From a bacterium (GTDB taxonomy: Bacteria > UBA8248): a DNA stretch of 64,000 bases. Both the position numbers and the translations under genes were made by a program. Below the pieces are notes generated by a model. That model had not been told where the DNA came from, searched no databases, and worked only from the letters and a program-made list of their open reading frames with translations. This document shows positions 39,691-49,883 of the stretch, in pieces. How positions within the stretch are numbered: position 1 is the stretch's first letter; each line of letters opens with the position of its first letter. Location of the stretch: the NCBI GenBank assembly GCA_965219955.1, contig OZ244799.1:2432001-2496000 (forward strand). Direction: 5' to 3'.

Positions 39691-41205
39691 ATGAAGGTGC
39701 GAGATTTTCAGTTCTTTTCAAGAAAGTCTCCGCTTCCTGGAGGCCACTTTCCCTTGATGAATCCTTCCTTCCTGGCTTATGGCGCCATGGCTATCGGCGC
39801 TGCCGCGGTCTTCTGGACGAGCCTGTACAACCTCGGTGGCGCAGGTGCTCTGTTTTTGTTCCTGAACCCGCTCGTGAACATCGAGGTCGCCTTCGGCGAT
39901 ACGAAAAGGAGCATCTCGTACGACAAAACAGCGCTCCTGGCCCTGGCTTCGGGATTCGCGTGGCATGTCCTAAGAAACAGAAAACACGTTCATCTCAAGA
40001 ACAAACCGATTTTCTGCTATATCTGGCTCATCTACATCGTCTGGAGTCTCATTGCGGCATGGCTGAGCGGCGCTCCGTTGAAACAACAATTCTGGGGCCT
40101 CGCCGAAACGATAGCCTATCTCGTCACTTTTCTGGTTTTTCTTGATATATGCGCGGATGAAACCTCGCGTAACGGGATACTGAAAGCCGTCTTATACGGC
40201 GGCGTCATCATGCTGGCAGCCGTCTTCTTCCAGAATCTGGCCTACCAGATCACCTGGAAAATCTGGGGGCCGAACCACAGCTTCGGCGCCGAATTATTGT
40301 ACTCGCCATTTCCCCGGACGTTCTTCCATTCCCGGCCCGGCCCGATTGGGCATCCGAATTTTCTCGCCGCGTATCTGGTTCTATGGACGACGCTCTACCC
40401 GCTGGTTTACCGCACGTTATCAAGCCCGGCGGCGTCTGCCATTCTCGCCGCGCATCTCGTCGTTTTGGCTTCGACGGGCAGCTATGGAGGAGTATTGGGC
40501 TTCGCCATTTGTTTTTCGCTGGTTTTATATCTAACAAAACCATGCCCCGAGGACATGATTTCCAGCCGCATCTCCCGCTCCGGGACACGTTTCCTCAAAC
40601 ACGTTCTTCCCGCTTTTTTGATTCTGTCCATAGGCGCTATCGCCGCCAATGACGAAGACTTCAAAAACCTATCGCTGCTCCCCAGAATCTATATCTATCG
40701 CGTCGGCGGAAAAATGCTCGCAGACCGCCCCCTGGCGGGCCATGGAAACGGCCTTTTCCCCCAGGCGTTTCAGAAAAGCGAGAGAGAGTACATGGATAAC
40801 GAGGGGTTGAAAGCGCCGCCCTGGAGGATAAGGAATTCCAGTCTGGGGAAACCCGACAAGTCCGGGGGCCGTGGAAAAAGTCATTCCAGCAGGAGAGATG
40901 AAAATCTTTCGCCGCTTTCCGCCCATTCCTCTTATCTCAAAGCATTCGTCGAAACAGGCTTTCCGGGGGGCTTTTTGTTCCTGTGCCTGATTGCCGGAGG
41001 ACTCATCGAGGTATTTGTTCATCTGAGGAAAACGGGGCGGCTTTCGATACGCTCACCCGAAGCCTGGGGATGGGCCGCATGCATCGGCGTATGTTTCCAG
41101 GCCGGAGCCGAGAACATTTTTTCGTCGCCCAAAATCTCCGTTCTCTACTGGGCCGTCACGGCGTACTGCCTGACGGCGAAATCCACACGCTCAGAAAATC
41201 CTTAG
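39691..41205 (+). CDS. O-antigen ligase / Wzy_C-like membrane protein
   Basis: multiple TMs, GHPNFLA, RPLAGHG, AHSSYLKAFVETG. Confidence 0.8.
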   Translation: MKVRDFQFFSRKSPLPGGHFPLMNPSFLAYGAMAIGAAAVFWTSLYNLGGAGALFLFLNPLVNIEVAFGDTKRSISYDKTALLALASGFAWHVLRNRKHVHLKNKPIFCYIWLIYIVWSLIAAWLSGAPLKQQFWGLAETIAYLVTFLVFLDICADETSRNGILKAVLYGGVIMLAAVFFQNLAYQITWKIWGPNHSFGAELLYSPFPRTFFHSRPGPIGHPNFLAAYLVLWTTLYPLVYRTLSSPAASAILAAHLVVLASTGSYGGVLGFAICFSLVLYLTKPCPEDMISSRISRSGTRFLKHVLPAFLILSIGAIAANDEDFKNLSLLPRIYIYRVGGKMLADRPLAGHGNGLFPQAFQKSEREYMDNEGLKAPPWRIRNSSLGKPDKSGGRGKSHSSRRDENLSPLSAHSSYLKAFVETGFPGGFLFLCLIAGGLIEVFVHLRKTGRLSIRSPEAWGWAACIGVCFQAGAENIFSSPKISVLYWAVTAYCLTAKSTRSENP

Positions 41206-42630
41206 CCGCCTCTGCATGGCTTCGTGATAAAGATAACGGAGAAAACAAAACAGGATGGCGAAAAGCCAGTAGGGATAAAAATGCGCCGTCGTGGAAACGC
41301 CGACGAACAGGGCGACGACAGTGGAGAAGATGACGGCGAAAGGCATCATGAGGCGGCGTGAATCTTCATGTATCGGCAAGCGCATGATTCTGAAAAAATA
41401 CATCCCCCCTGTTGCGAGCATGACTATCAGCATAACGAGACCCAGCAATCCCAAATCCGCGATAAAATTCATCGGCAGGCTGTGCAGGGAAACCGGCGCG
41501 CTCTTTCTCGGGTTTTCCTGAAACAAATCCGAAGTCGACCATCCCCGGATACCCGATTCATACCGGGTGATGTCGCCATAAAAATACCCGGAAAACGTGG
41601 CCGGCGTATCTTTGGAGTATCCATACAAGAATCCCTGCCGCGGCCCGCCCCCCAGGAAAGGCCGCGCAACAAGCACGTCAACCGCCCGCGCGCACTGAAA
41701 GAGCCGCTCCTTGGCGCTCATCGAGAGATTCGATGCCTCAAGGAATTCTCCCCGCACCTTCGTACCCACCATCACCGAGACGCCGATGCACGCGAAGAAA
41801 ACCGATGCCGTGAGACAGGAAACGAAAAAAGACTTCAGCTTCTCCTTTGCGCCGGGGCATCTTCTGAACTTCATGAAGAAGAGAATCAAGAGGCATGCGC
41901 CCAGGAAGAGCGCGAAAATCGGAACCCTGCGCCATGTGGAAAACACCAGGAGAATTCCGGCAAGCGACGCGAACAGATAAAACCAGCCGCCTCTTCTCCA
42001 TGAGAAGTAAAAGGCGATTCCCGCCAGTATCAGCCCGAGTCTGCTGGCGACGATGTGGTGCCGGGTGAACATGCCAAGAAAAAACCGCCCCTCGTGATTG
42101 AGCGAATACGGATTGGGAATGCGCAAATAATAGAACAGAATGCTCTCGATACCGATCGCAAAGGCGACCCAGAACACACCCCCGAGCGCACCTTCGAACT
42201 CTTCTCTCCCCCACCGGTTGTGATGAACCAGATACCATACGAGCATGCCGTCGGCGTAGGGCACGGCGTCGGCCAGGAGCCAATAGAAGGGAACCGACGT
42301 CTTGATGGGGTCATCCTGAACATAGCCGTTGACCATCCCCGCCCAGAATATCACCCAGAACCAAAGGGCGGCGACGGCAAACCCCGGCGTCGGTTTTCTC
42401 GCCCCGAACTGAATGACTTCTACCGCCCACGCGACGCACAGCAAAACGAAAAGGAACACGTAGACCTTATACGGGCCCGCGAATTGGCCCGGGAAATACG
42501 AAACGCGCTCCCACGGGATGAGAAAATATACCGCATGCAGACGAATGACCGCGTTGGTGAGTCGATGAGTAGAGGCACCCTTTTCTACTGGAGGAGGAGG
42601 GGCATTCGACGCTGCGCGATCCACGCTCAC
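41191..42630 (-). CDS. O-antigen ligase / polymerase-like membrane protein
   Basis: multiple TMs, RPFLGGG, LHSLPMNFIADLGLLG. Confidence 0.72.
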   Translation of the reverse strand: MSVDRAASNAPPPPVEKGASTHRLTNAVIRLHAVYFLIPWERVSYFPGQFAGPYKVYVFLFVLLCVAWAVEVIQFGARKPTPGFAVAALWFWVIFWAGMVNGYVQDDPIKTSVPFYWLLADAVPYADGMLVWYLVHHNRWGREEFEGALGGVFWVAFAIGIESILFYYLRIPNPYSLNHEGRFFLGMFTRHHIVASRLGLILAGIAFYFSWRRGGWFYLFASLAGILLVFSTWRRVPIFALFLGACLLILFFMKFRRCPGAKEKLKSFFVSCLTASVFFACIGVSVMVGTKVRGEFLEASNLSMSAKERLFQCARAVDVLVARPFLGGGPRQGFLYGYSKDTPATFSGYFYGDITRYESGIRGWSTSDLFQENPRKSAPVSLHSLPMNFIADLGLLGLVMLIVMLATGGMYFFRIMRLPIHEDSRRLMMPFAVIFSTVVALFVGVSTTAHFYPYWLFAILFCFLRYLYHEAMQRRLRIF

Positions 42631-42637
42631 GGAAAAC

Positions 42638-43459
42638 CTATTCCCGCGTGCCCGTGCGTCTGGAAAAGTAGCCTCTCTTCATCCACATGCGCACCTTGTG
42701 CGGCAACATGCGATATGAAAACCAAAGCGGCAACAGAACTCGATACGCAATTCCGCCCCCCAGGATGCGAATCGCCCTGTTTTGCAACACAACCCCATCG
42801 AGAACATAGCGAAGCCTGGCGCCCCGCTCGAAGAACTGTCTCGCGTGGATTCTTTTTGCCGCCACAGGCACCTTCAAGGACCCGAGCTTCAACCCGTTTT
42901 CATACAATCGAACGTACAGGTCCCAATCGAGTTGGCCAGAGCGTCTCTCGTCGTAGCCTCGGATCAGCTGCATCGCCTTGACTCTCACGAACAAAGAAGT
43001 GTGAACGACAGGATTGAACAACATGAGTTTCTTTCTCACGTCGCTCAGCGGATTCCTTGTTTTTTCCAATCCGAATGCGGGCCAATGTGGAACGTCTTCG
43101 GCATGAAAGGCGAACAGCGGAGAAACGACAGCGGAATAATCAGGAAAACGCCGCATTACCACTTTTTGAATTTCAAATCTTCTGGGGTGAGATAAATCGT
43201 CGGCGTCATGGCGGGCGATAAATTCGCCCCTGCTCTCGCTCACCCCGAGGTTGAGTGCTTTCGCGAGTCCGATTCTTCCCGCCTCGATCAGACGAATTCT
43301 GGGGTCGCGAAACTGCTTGACGATGTGAACAGTATCATCCGTGGAGCCATCGTCGATGATGATGCACTCAAAATCGGATTCCGTCTGTGCGAGTATGCTC
43401 TTAACGGCATCGGCGATGTATTTCTCGGCGTTGTAAGACGTCATCAAAACGCTTATCAC
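42638..43459 (-). CDS. GT2 glycosyltransferase
   Basis: ISVLMTSYN, DDGSTD, HDADD. Confidence 0.92.
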   Translation of the reverse strand: MISVLMTSYNAEKYIADAVKSILAQTESDFECIIIDDGSTDDTVHIVKQFRDPRIRLIEAGRIGLAKALNLGVSESRGEFIARHDADDLSHPRRFEIQKVVMRRFPDYSAVVSPLFAFHAEDVPHWPAFGLEKTRNPLSDVRKKLMLFNPVVHTSLFVRVKAMQLIRGYDERRSGQLDWDLYVRLYENGLKLGSLKVPVAAKRIHARQFFERGARLRYVLDGVVLQNRAIRILGGGIAYRVLLPLWFSYRMLPHKVRMWMKRGYFSRRTGTRE

Positions 43460-43497
43460 GTCGAATTCCTTTGCCTGGGACGAATTCCATCAAAACA

Positions 43498-45423
43498 TCA
43501 AAAGCTCACCGAACGATGAGCGTCCAGCATCTCGCGAAACCAAAGCTCCAAAATCGCCAGATACCAAATCAGGGGGTAGGAGGATTTCCCTTTCCTGAAA
43601 CGGGTGTATAACTTGCGCACCTCCTTGGGTGAGAAAATACCTCTTCTGCGAAGCGACTCCTCACTCAGCGTGTCCTCTAGAATTTCTCGCAAATCCTCTT
43701 TCATCCACTTCGCCATCGGAAGGGCGAAACCCTGTTTTCTCCTGGCTGAAATCTCAGGTGGGATGACGTCGCGAAGCGACGCCTCAAGCAATCTTTTCGG
43801 ATATCCCCACTTCTTCTCCCACCCGGGCGGCAGACCACAGACGAATTCCACGACGCGATGATCGACGTACGGCACCCGCACTTCCAGGGAATGGGCCATG
43901 CTCATCACGTCGGTATCCCGCAAACATCTCCATCCCATGTACACCTGCATTTCGAGTTCGCTCAGAATCCTCCAAGGCCTCTCGCCGACACGGACCAACG
44001 AGTCGAGCATCGCCAAAACACCTTCATCCGCTTTGCGATCGCGAAAGTGGGCCTGAAGTAGCGGGGAATACAAGGCTCTTTTCTCCTCGGGCCACAACAA
44101 AAGGCGCGCCATGGCATATAAACCAACCGGCGATTCCAACCATTGCAGCCGATGAAGCTTTTGGATGCGTTCTGAAGACATGCCCGGGTTGAGGCGGAGC
44201 ATCAACGAGACGAGCGCTACGAGGATTTTTCTCGCCGCCAAAGGCAACTTTCCCCATACGGTCGACAACCGCCACCAAAGTGGAATCAGGCGAAACGAGC
44301 CGTAGCCGCCGAAAAGCTCATCCGCCCCGAGACCGGACAAGGCGACGGTAACACCATCTTGCTTGGCTATCTGGGATACGAGATAGGTGTTGACTCCATC
44401 GAAGCTGGGCTGATCCAGGTGCCGCATGATCCGGGGAAGTTCCTCCACTAGTTTCGAGCCTTTGGGCACGAACTCGGTGTGGCGCGTTGAGAAGAATTGC
44501 GCGGCCGCTCTCGCATACCGCCTCTCATCGTATCCTGCAGGAGAGTCATCGAAACCGATAGAATAGGTCCTCACGGGTTTATCAGCCCGCCGCGACATCA
44601 GCCCGACAATTGCTGAAGAATCCACACCGCCGCTCAAAAAAACCCCGATGGGAACATCGCTTATCTGGTGGAGTTCTACGCTTTCCTCCAGCAAGCATCG
44701 CAGCCGGGGGACAATTTCCTCATCGGCGCAGCGCGTCGTTCCGGCCGCTGGCATTTTCCACCACTGCTCGATGGATGCACCCTTTTCCGTAATTCGCATC
44801 CGGTGCCCCGGAGGCAAGGCCTTCACGCCTTTCAGTAGTGTGCGCAGGCCGGGAACAAAGCCCAGGGAAAGGCTGAGATCGAGAGAATCCAGATCGAGCT
44901 CGGGGCGAATCGCGCCGCTTCTCACCAGCGCCCCCAGTTCCGAGGCGAACGCCCATCCCCCCGCGATACGTGCGTAGTACAGGGGTTTGACGCCGAGACG
45001 ATCACGCGTCAAAAGCAGGACTCGACGGTTGGCGTCCACAATCGCAAATGCGAACATGCCCCTTAAAAAACGGCTGCACTCTTCCCCTTCCTCCTCGTAG
45101 AGGCGCAGAAGAACCTCCGTATCGGAGCGCGATCTGAAGGCGTGGCCGCGACCCGCCAGATACCCTCTCAATCGTCTGAAATTGTAGATTTCTCCGTTCA
45201 ATGCAACACTGGTTCTTCCATCATCGCTGGTCATGGGTTGTTTCGCCGCCAAACCCGGATCGATGACGCTCAGACGCCTCACTCCGATACAGGCCGCACC
45301 GAAACGCAGAAGTCCCACATCGTCCGGGCCGCGATGCTTCATCGCATCACACATGCGAGCGACGCCTTCCTTTATCGAGGACGGCGAGAGTTCAAAAGAG
45401 ATGATTCCACAAATTCCACACAT
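43498..45423 (-). CDS. asnB: second AsnB-like glutamine amidotransferase
   Basis: MCGI, HRGPD, NGEIYN, LSGGVDS, SGLGADE. Confidence 0.93.
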   Translation of the reverse strand: MCGICGIISFELSPSSIKEGVARMCDAMKHRGPDDVGLLRFGAACIGVRRLSVIDPGLAAKQPMTSDDGRTSVALNGEIYNFRRLRGYLAGRGHAFRSRSDTEVLLRLYEEEGEECSRFLRGMFAFAIVDANRRVLLLTRDRLGVKPLYYARIAGGWAFASELGALVRSGAIRPELDLDSLDLSLSLGFVPGLRTLLKGVKALPPGHRMRITEKGASIEQWWKMPAAGTTRCADEEIVPRLRCLLEESVELHQISDVPIGVFLSGGVDSSAIVGLMSRRADKPVRTYSIGFDDSPAGYDERRYARAAAQFFSTRHTEFVPKGSKLVEELPRIMRHLDQPSFDGVNTYLVSQIAKQDGVTVALSGLGADELFGGYGSFRLIPLWWRLSTVWGKLPLAARKILVALVSLMLRLNPGMSSERIQKLHRLQWLESPVGLYAMARLLLWPEEKRALYSPLLQAHFRDRKADEGVLAMLDSLVRVGERPWRILSELEMQVYMGWRCLRDTDVMSMAHSLEVRVPYVDHRVVEFVCGLPPGWEKKWGYPKRLLEASLRDVIPPEISARRKQGFALPMAKWMKEDLREILEDTLSEESLRRRGIFSPKEVRKLYTRFRKGKSSYPLIWYLAILELWFREMLDAHRSVSF

Positions 45424-45552
45424 ACGAGCACCGGTTGTCTTTCACCCGCAAAGAAACTCATATCGCGTCCAATGGCGACGGACTCCGAACCCGGGTCGAT
45501 AACTCCGGAACTTTGCCTCGTGTTGGGTCTTTTCTATCTCGTGGAGTGGTGT

Positions 45553-46959
45553 TCATGGATTTTGAACGAAAGTGAGTTTAGCAGAAGGAGTCGTCTGAAT
45601 CCACTCGGCCGCTATTTTCTCCGCCAGCCAGAACTCATACGCGGAACTGATTCTCACGCTTTCCTCCGGAAGCATGGTGATGTGCCCTATTCTTTCTCCC
45701 AGAAATTTTCCGGCCTGAACCGTGCCCACTCGGCTCAGGTAAATCGCGCCGTTTTCCTTGAACAACGCCTTGTTTTCCAAGCGGAGCATTCTTTGCAGAG
45801 AGCCGTTGACGGGGGTGAGTCCGTTTTTCCCGTGATGGTAGAAAAATGAAATATCCTTTGTGATGGATATTACGGAATCGACGCGGAAGATCGTCATGGT
45901 GTCCACGGCCTTGTCGATGTGCCTGCCCCTGCGAAAAGGGGTGTTGACGCAGCATACGCAAACGGCGTCAGGGACATATCCCCGCTCCTCCAACGTCCTC
46001 AAAACATGAAGCGTCTTATCAGCCATCCTGGAGGTCCGTCTCGCCAGTGCTTTGGGTCTGAGGATTGCCTCCACTCCCTCGAAACGCTGCGCATAAACCA
46101 ATACATCTTCATCGTCCGAGGATACGACTATCCTGTCGACGGAGCGCGCTTCCTGGATTTGTTCCAGGGCTCGTTCCAACAGCGGTTTTCCCATCAACCG
46201 GGTAAAGGGATTCCCCAACTCGAATCCCGCACCCACGACGACGGGAACGAGCGCCAGCACTTTTGGTTTGCAGGGGAGGTTCATCTCCTCCACTATCCTG
46301 TTTTTGATTTTGCGTCGCGTCTCCAGAATCAGTCGTTGGGACTTCGACAAGCTCTCTCCGTGGCGGCGATAATAGAACAAGGGCAAATTCACGTTATATG
46401 GATGGTGCCGCTCGATAAATTTCAGCCACATCCCATAGCCGTCCTGGCGATCGAACTCCTCGAAATAACCGCCTATTTCCAGCAGAACTTCCCTGCGAAT
46501 CATGGTGCATGCGCCATGCGCCGGAAGATCGAGCAAATCGACTTCTTCTCCAATCTTCTGGCGACGAACGATTTCGACGATCTCTCCATCCTCGTCCACG
46601 TGATAATAGTCCGGATACACCAGACCCACGCCGCGCTTCGTGTCCAGGACATGGGAGAGAACCAAAAGAATGTTCTCGTCCAGGAAATCATCCGCATCCA
46701 GCCGCATGAGGTATTCGCCCCTGGCGATGTGCAGGGCGACGTTGTTCGTAAAACTCAAGCCCTTGTTTTCCTGCTCAAGAATGCGAATCTTGGGATGCGT
46801 TCCGTAAGGCGCGAGTATTTCTGAAGTGTCGTCCGTCGAGCCGTCGTCGATGACGATCAACTCCCAGTCGTCCATGGTCTGCTTCAGCACGCTCTGGATC
46901 GCGGCGTCGAGAAAACGACCGTAATTGTGGGCGGGAATGTATACCGTGACCTTAGGCAT
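45553..46959 (-). CDS. GT2 fused to a CMP-sugar cytidylyltransferase-like domain
   Basis: N-half DDGSTD, LDADD; C-half GKPLL, VVSSDD, ENGAIY. Confidence 0.85.
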   Translation of the reverse strand: MPKVTVYIPAHNYGRFLDAAIQSVLKQTMDDWELIVIDDGSTDDTSEILAPYGTHPKIRILEQENKGLSFTNNVALHIARGEYLMRLDADDFLDENILLVLSHVLDTKRGVGLVYPDYYHVDEDGEIVEIVRRQKIGEEVDLLDLPAHGACTMIRREVLLEIGGYFEEFDRQDGYGMWLKFIERHHPYNVNLPLFYYRRHGESLSKSQRLILETRRKIKNRIVEEMNLPCKPKVLALVPVVVGAGFELGNPFTRLMGKPLLERALEQIQEARSVDRIVVSSDDEDVLVYAQRFEGVEAILRPKALARRTSRMADKTLHVLRTLEERGYVPDAVCVCCVNTPFRRGRHIDKAVDTMTIFRVDSVISITKDISFFYHHGKNGLTPVNGSLQRMLRLENKALFKENGAIYLSRVGTVQAGKFLGERIGHITMLPEESVRISSAYEFWLAEKIAAEWIQTTPSAKLTFVQNP

Positions 46960-46998
46960 GACGAATCAACCCTATTGGCATGAATTCTGCCCCCACGC

Positions 46999-48591
46999 TC
47001 ACTCCACCATGTCCATCGAGACAGCCTGATCCGCCTGGATGTTCGTTTTCGCCCGTTGGCCGATCAACGCATCCATCATCCAGCCCGGAAGTCCCTCTGC
47101 GGGCCGCTTCATGCCCAACATCGAGGATTCAATGGTCTCTCCGCACCGAATGTCCCGTTCGGCGACGATGCTGCGCCGCGCGCTGTTTCGCGCAGCTATC
47201 TCTGTCTGGCCGACTCCGAGCGCGCCGTCGCCCAAAACACCCTCCGCAAGACGAACGTTTTGCACCATTTTCTTCAAATCTTCCGGATTCATCGAAAAGA
47301 AATGCCCTGAACCGCTCAACTTCCGATCCAGGGTGTAGTGTTTCTCGATGACCTTCGCACCCAGGGCCGCGCCCAGCGCAGGGATGACCATGTGCGCATC
47401 CGGCTCCGTATGATCGGACAAACCGACGATGATGCCGGGATATCGCTCCCTCAAAGCGCGGATGCGCAGAAGGTTCGCGTCCTCGTTCGCCGCCGGATAA
47501 CTCAAGGTACAGGCCATGAGGATGAGTTGGTGGTTGCCCGTTGTGAAAATGGTGGCGACCGCACGCTCGATCTCCTCCACCGTCGAACCGCCGGTCGAAA
47601 GAATAACGGGCTTGCCGAAACCGGCCACGCACCTGAGCAACCGGCTGTCGGGAAGATCGCACGAGGCTATTTTGAAGATCGGCGCGCCCAAATCGTTCAG
47701 CATCTCGGCGCTTTCTACGTCGAACGGCGTGGAGAACGTAATGATGCCCTTCTCGCGGCCATGTTTGATAAGCGCCTCATATTCGGGCGCGCCGAAGCGA
47801 TCGAGTTTCCGGTAATACTCGATTTGCGGAATCCGCTTTCCCCGCCAGTAGGTCATCGCCCCTTTGCGCGTCAGTCGCACCGCCTTGTAGGTCTGGAATT
47901 TGATCGCATCCGCCCCGGCATCGGCGGCAAGGTCGATCATCTCCTTGGCCGCTTCTAAGTCACACATGTGGTTGCAGGCGGCCTCGGCGATTAGAAAGAC
48001 GGGATGTCCCGCGCCAATCATCTTGCCGTCGACGGCGATTTCCTTCGAATGCGGACTCATCTCATGCGCCGCCATGACGAAATCGAATGCCGTGTGGATG
48101 TTGATGCAATCATCCTGAACGATGGAAGTGCGCAGAGGCGGGTCCGCCGTAAAGGCTTTCATACTCATGATGCGAAGCGCCCCGTTGCGCTTGCCGTGGC
48201 GATCCACCGTGCACAAATCGTCGATCCGGTTATCTTTGACGTACTTCAACAGAGTATCCAGATCGCTTTTTCTGTTCGGATGATCAGGCTGAATCCCGAC
48301 GAGAAAGGAAATGTTCTCAAGACCCAATTTCTCTGCGACATCCCCGTAGACTTCGATGAGCGGCACCTCACCGCCCAACTCCGGGCCACGGAAATGAACC
48401 ATCGCGCCGTTTCGCCTGGCGATTTCGGCAACTTCTTCTGAATCAGTAGATACGACAATTTTATCCACGCTCTTGAATCTGCCTGCGTACCGAATCGCGT
48501 GCGCCACCAAAGATAGTCCGTCGATTTCCAGCAAATTCTTGTCCGCCAGGCGACTCGAATGCCGCTTGGCTGGTATCACGACGAAGATCAC
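46999..48591 (-). CDS. NeuA-like cytidylyltransferase fused to NeuB-like nonulosonate synthase with SAF domain
   Basis: IPAKRHSSRLADKN; IAEAACNH, KFQT, STPFD, KIAS, GLSDH, EKHYTLD, RRSIV; GTG overlaps the LarA stop. Confidence 0.9.
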   Translation of the reverse strand: MIFVVIPAKRHSSRLADKNLLEIDGLSLVAHAIRYAGRFKSVDKIVVSTDSEEVAEIARRNGAMVHFRGPELGGEVPLIEVYGDVAEKLGLENISFLVGIQPDHPNRKSDLDTLLKYVKDNRIDDLCTVDRHGKRNGALRIMSMKAFTADPPLRTSIVQDDCINIHTAFDFVMAAHEMSPHSKEIAVDGKMIGAGHPVFLIAEAACNHMCDLEAAKEMIDLAADAGADAIKFQTYKAVRLTRKGAMTYWRGKRIPQIEYYRKLDRFGAPEYEALIKHGREKGIITFSTPFDVESAEMLNDLGAPIFKIASCDLPDSRLLRCVAGFGKPVILSTGGSTVEEIERAVATIFTTGNHQLILMACTLSYPAANEDANLLRIRALRERYPGIIVGLSDHTEPDAHMVIPALGAALGAKVIEKHYTLDRKLSGSGHFFSMNPEDLKKMVQNVRLAEGVLGDGALGVGQTEIAARNSARRSIVAERDIRCGETIESSMLGMKRPAEGLPGWMMDALIGQRAKTNIQADQAVSMDMVE

Positions 48592-49883
48592 CGCCCATCT
48601 CCTCTCGTTTTCATGCTTGAAATCACGGGCATGATTTGCCCCGCCTGCCGAAGCACGATGACTTTCGAATGAGGACCTCTCATCTCCAAGGCTCTCTCCA
48701 CCGCCGCCCCTATCGACCCGGCCCAACTGAATCCCATCCTCTCAGCCTCCTCGCGGCCGATATGAGGAGAAACCAATATCCCCTTCACGCGCCTGGAGAT
48801 GATTCTGCCGACGGCGACGAGCGTGTAGGCGAGGAGCTTTTCGCGAAATTCACCTGCCTCGACCTTTTGGTAAAGGGCATCGGGATCCCGGAAACCGTAA
48901 CGCTGAAAATTCGGGAATTGCGGGGAAACGCCCTCCCTGCAATCCGCGGCGAGGATGATCACCCCGCCGTCGCGGCAGACGACGTCCGCCGCACACACGG
49001 CTTTGATGGCCTGGCGCAGATCGATATCGGAGGGATAGGCTTCCGCGATAACGACTTCCGCTTTCGCGGCGACCGGCACGCCGTATAGCTCCAGGCATCG
49101 CCCGCAGCCCGCCTCGTGGGCCGCCTCCACGTCTCCGGCAACGGCGTCATAAATTCTTTCCTCATCCATCATGATCGTGTTGACGATGAAACGCAGCCCG
49201 GCCCGGCGCGCGATGCGAATGAACGCTCCCCTCACCTTGTTGTCGAAGTTGCCGAGAATTTCGCTCATCTCGTAATCCAGAGCGGCCCAATGGGTCGCCT
49301 CTATCGTCGACTCACCGCAAATGCCGGGCATCACGCTCTTCGCTCCACCGGAAAACCCCGCCGTCGCATGGGGGATGATGCTGCCGACGGATATGAGGAG
49401 ACCACTCTCCAGGATTTCCCTGTTCATCAGCACTTCGAAGCCCAGTTCACTCTGTCCCAAAGAAGTGAGCTTTGCAGGGTTTTTCCATTCGTGGTTGGTA
49501 ATCTGGAATCGCGACGTCAGTTCATCACCGAACTTGCGCCGTATCTCCTCATCCGTCATGGCGCGGTGTGTGCCCAATCCGATCAGGATGCGGATCGCGG
49601 AATCGGAAATGCCCGCCTCGGCGAGTTCATCCAGAATAATGGGAACCACACGATGAAGCGGGGTATGGCGCGTATTGTCGTCGGTGACGATCAACACCCT
49701 CCCGGCACCTTTGGAAATCTCCCGAAGAGGGGGAGAGCCGATCGGGTTTCGAATCCGCTCCCTGAGGGCTTCATCGTCAAGGCCTGCGCCTTGATGCAGG
49801 GAGGGGCCATAGACGCCCATCAGCCGCCCATCCCCGATTTCGAAGTCTCCGAACAAATCGGTCGTCAAGGATACTCGGGTCAT
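48588..49883 (-). CDS. LarA-family (nickel-pincer dependent) racemase/epimerase
   Basis: NPIGSPPL, DNTR, GTHR, PHATAGFSGGAKSVMPG, GGVIILAADC. Confidence 0.9.
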   Translation of the reverse strand: MTRVSLTTDLFGDFEIGDGRLMGVYGPSLHQGAGLDDEALRERIRNPIGSPPLREISKGAGRVLIVTDDNTRHTPLHRVVPIILDELAEAGISDSAIRILIGLGTHRAMTDEEIRRKFGDELTSRFQITNHEWKNPAKLTSLGQSELGFEVLMNREILESGLLISVGSIIPHATAGFSGGAKSVMPGICGESTIEATHWAALDYEMSEILGNFDNKVRGAFIRIARRAGLRFIVNTIMMDEERIYDAVAGDVEAAHEAGCGRCLELYGVPVAAKAEVVIAEAYPSDIDLRQAIKAVCAADVVCRDGGVIILAADCREGVSPQFPNFQRYGFRDPDALYQKVEAGEFREKLLAYTLVAVGRIISRRVKGILVSPHIGREEAERMGFSWAGSIGAAVERALEMRGPHSKVIVLRQAGQIMPVISSMKTRGDGR

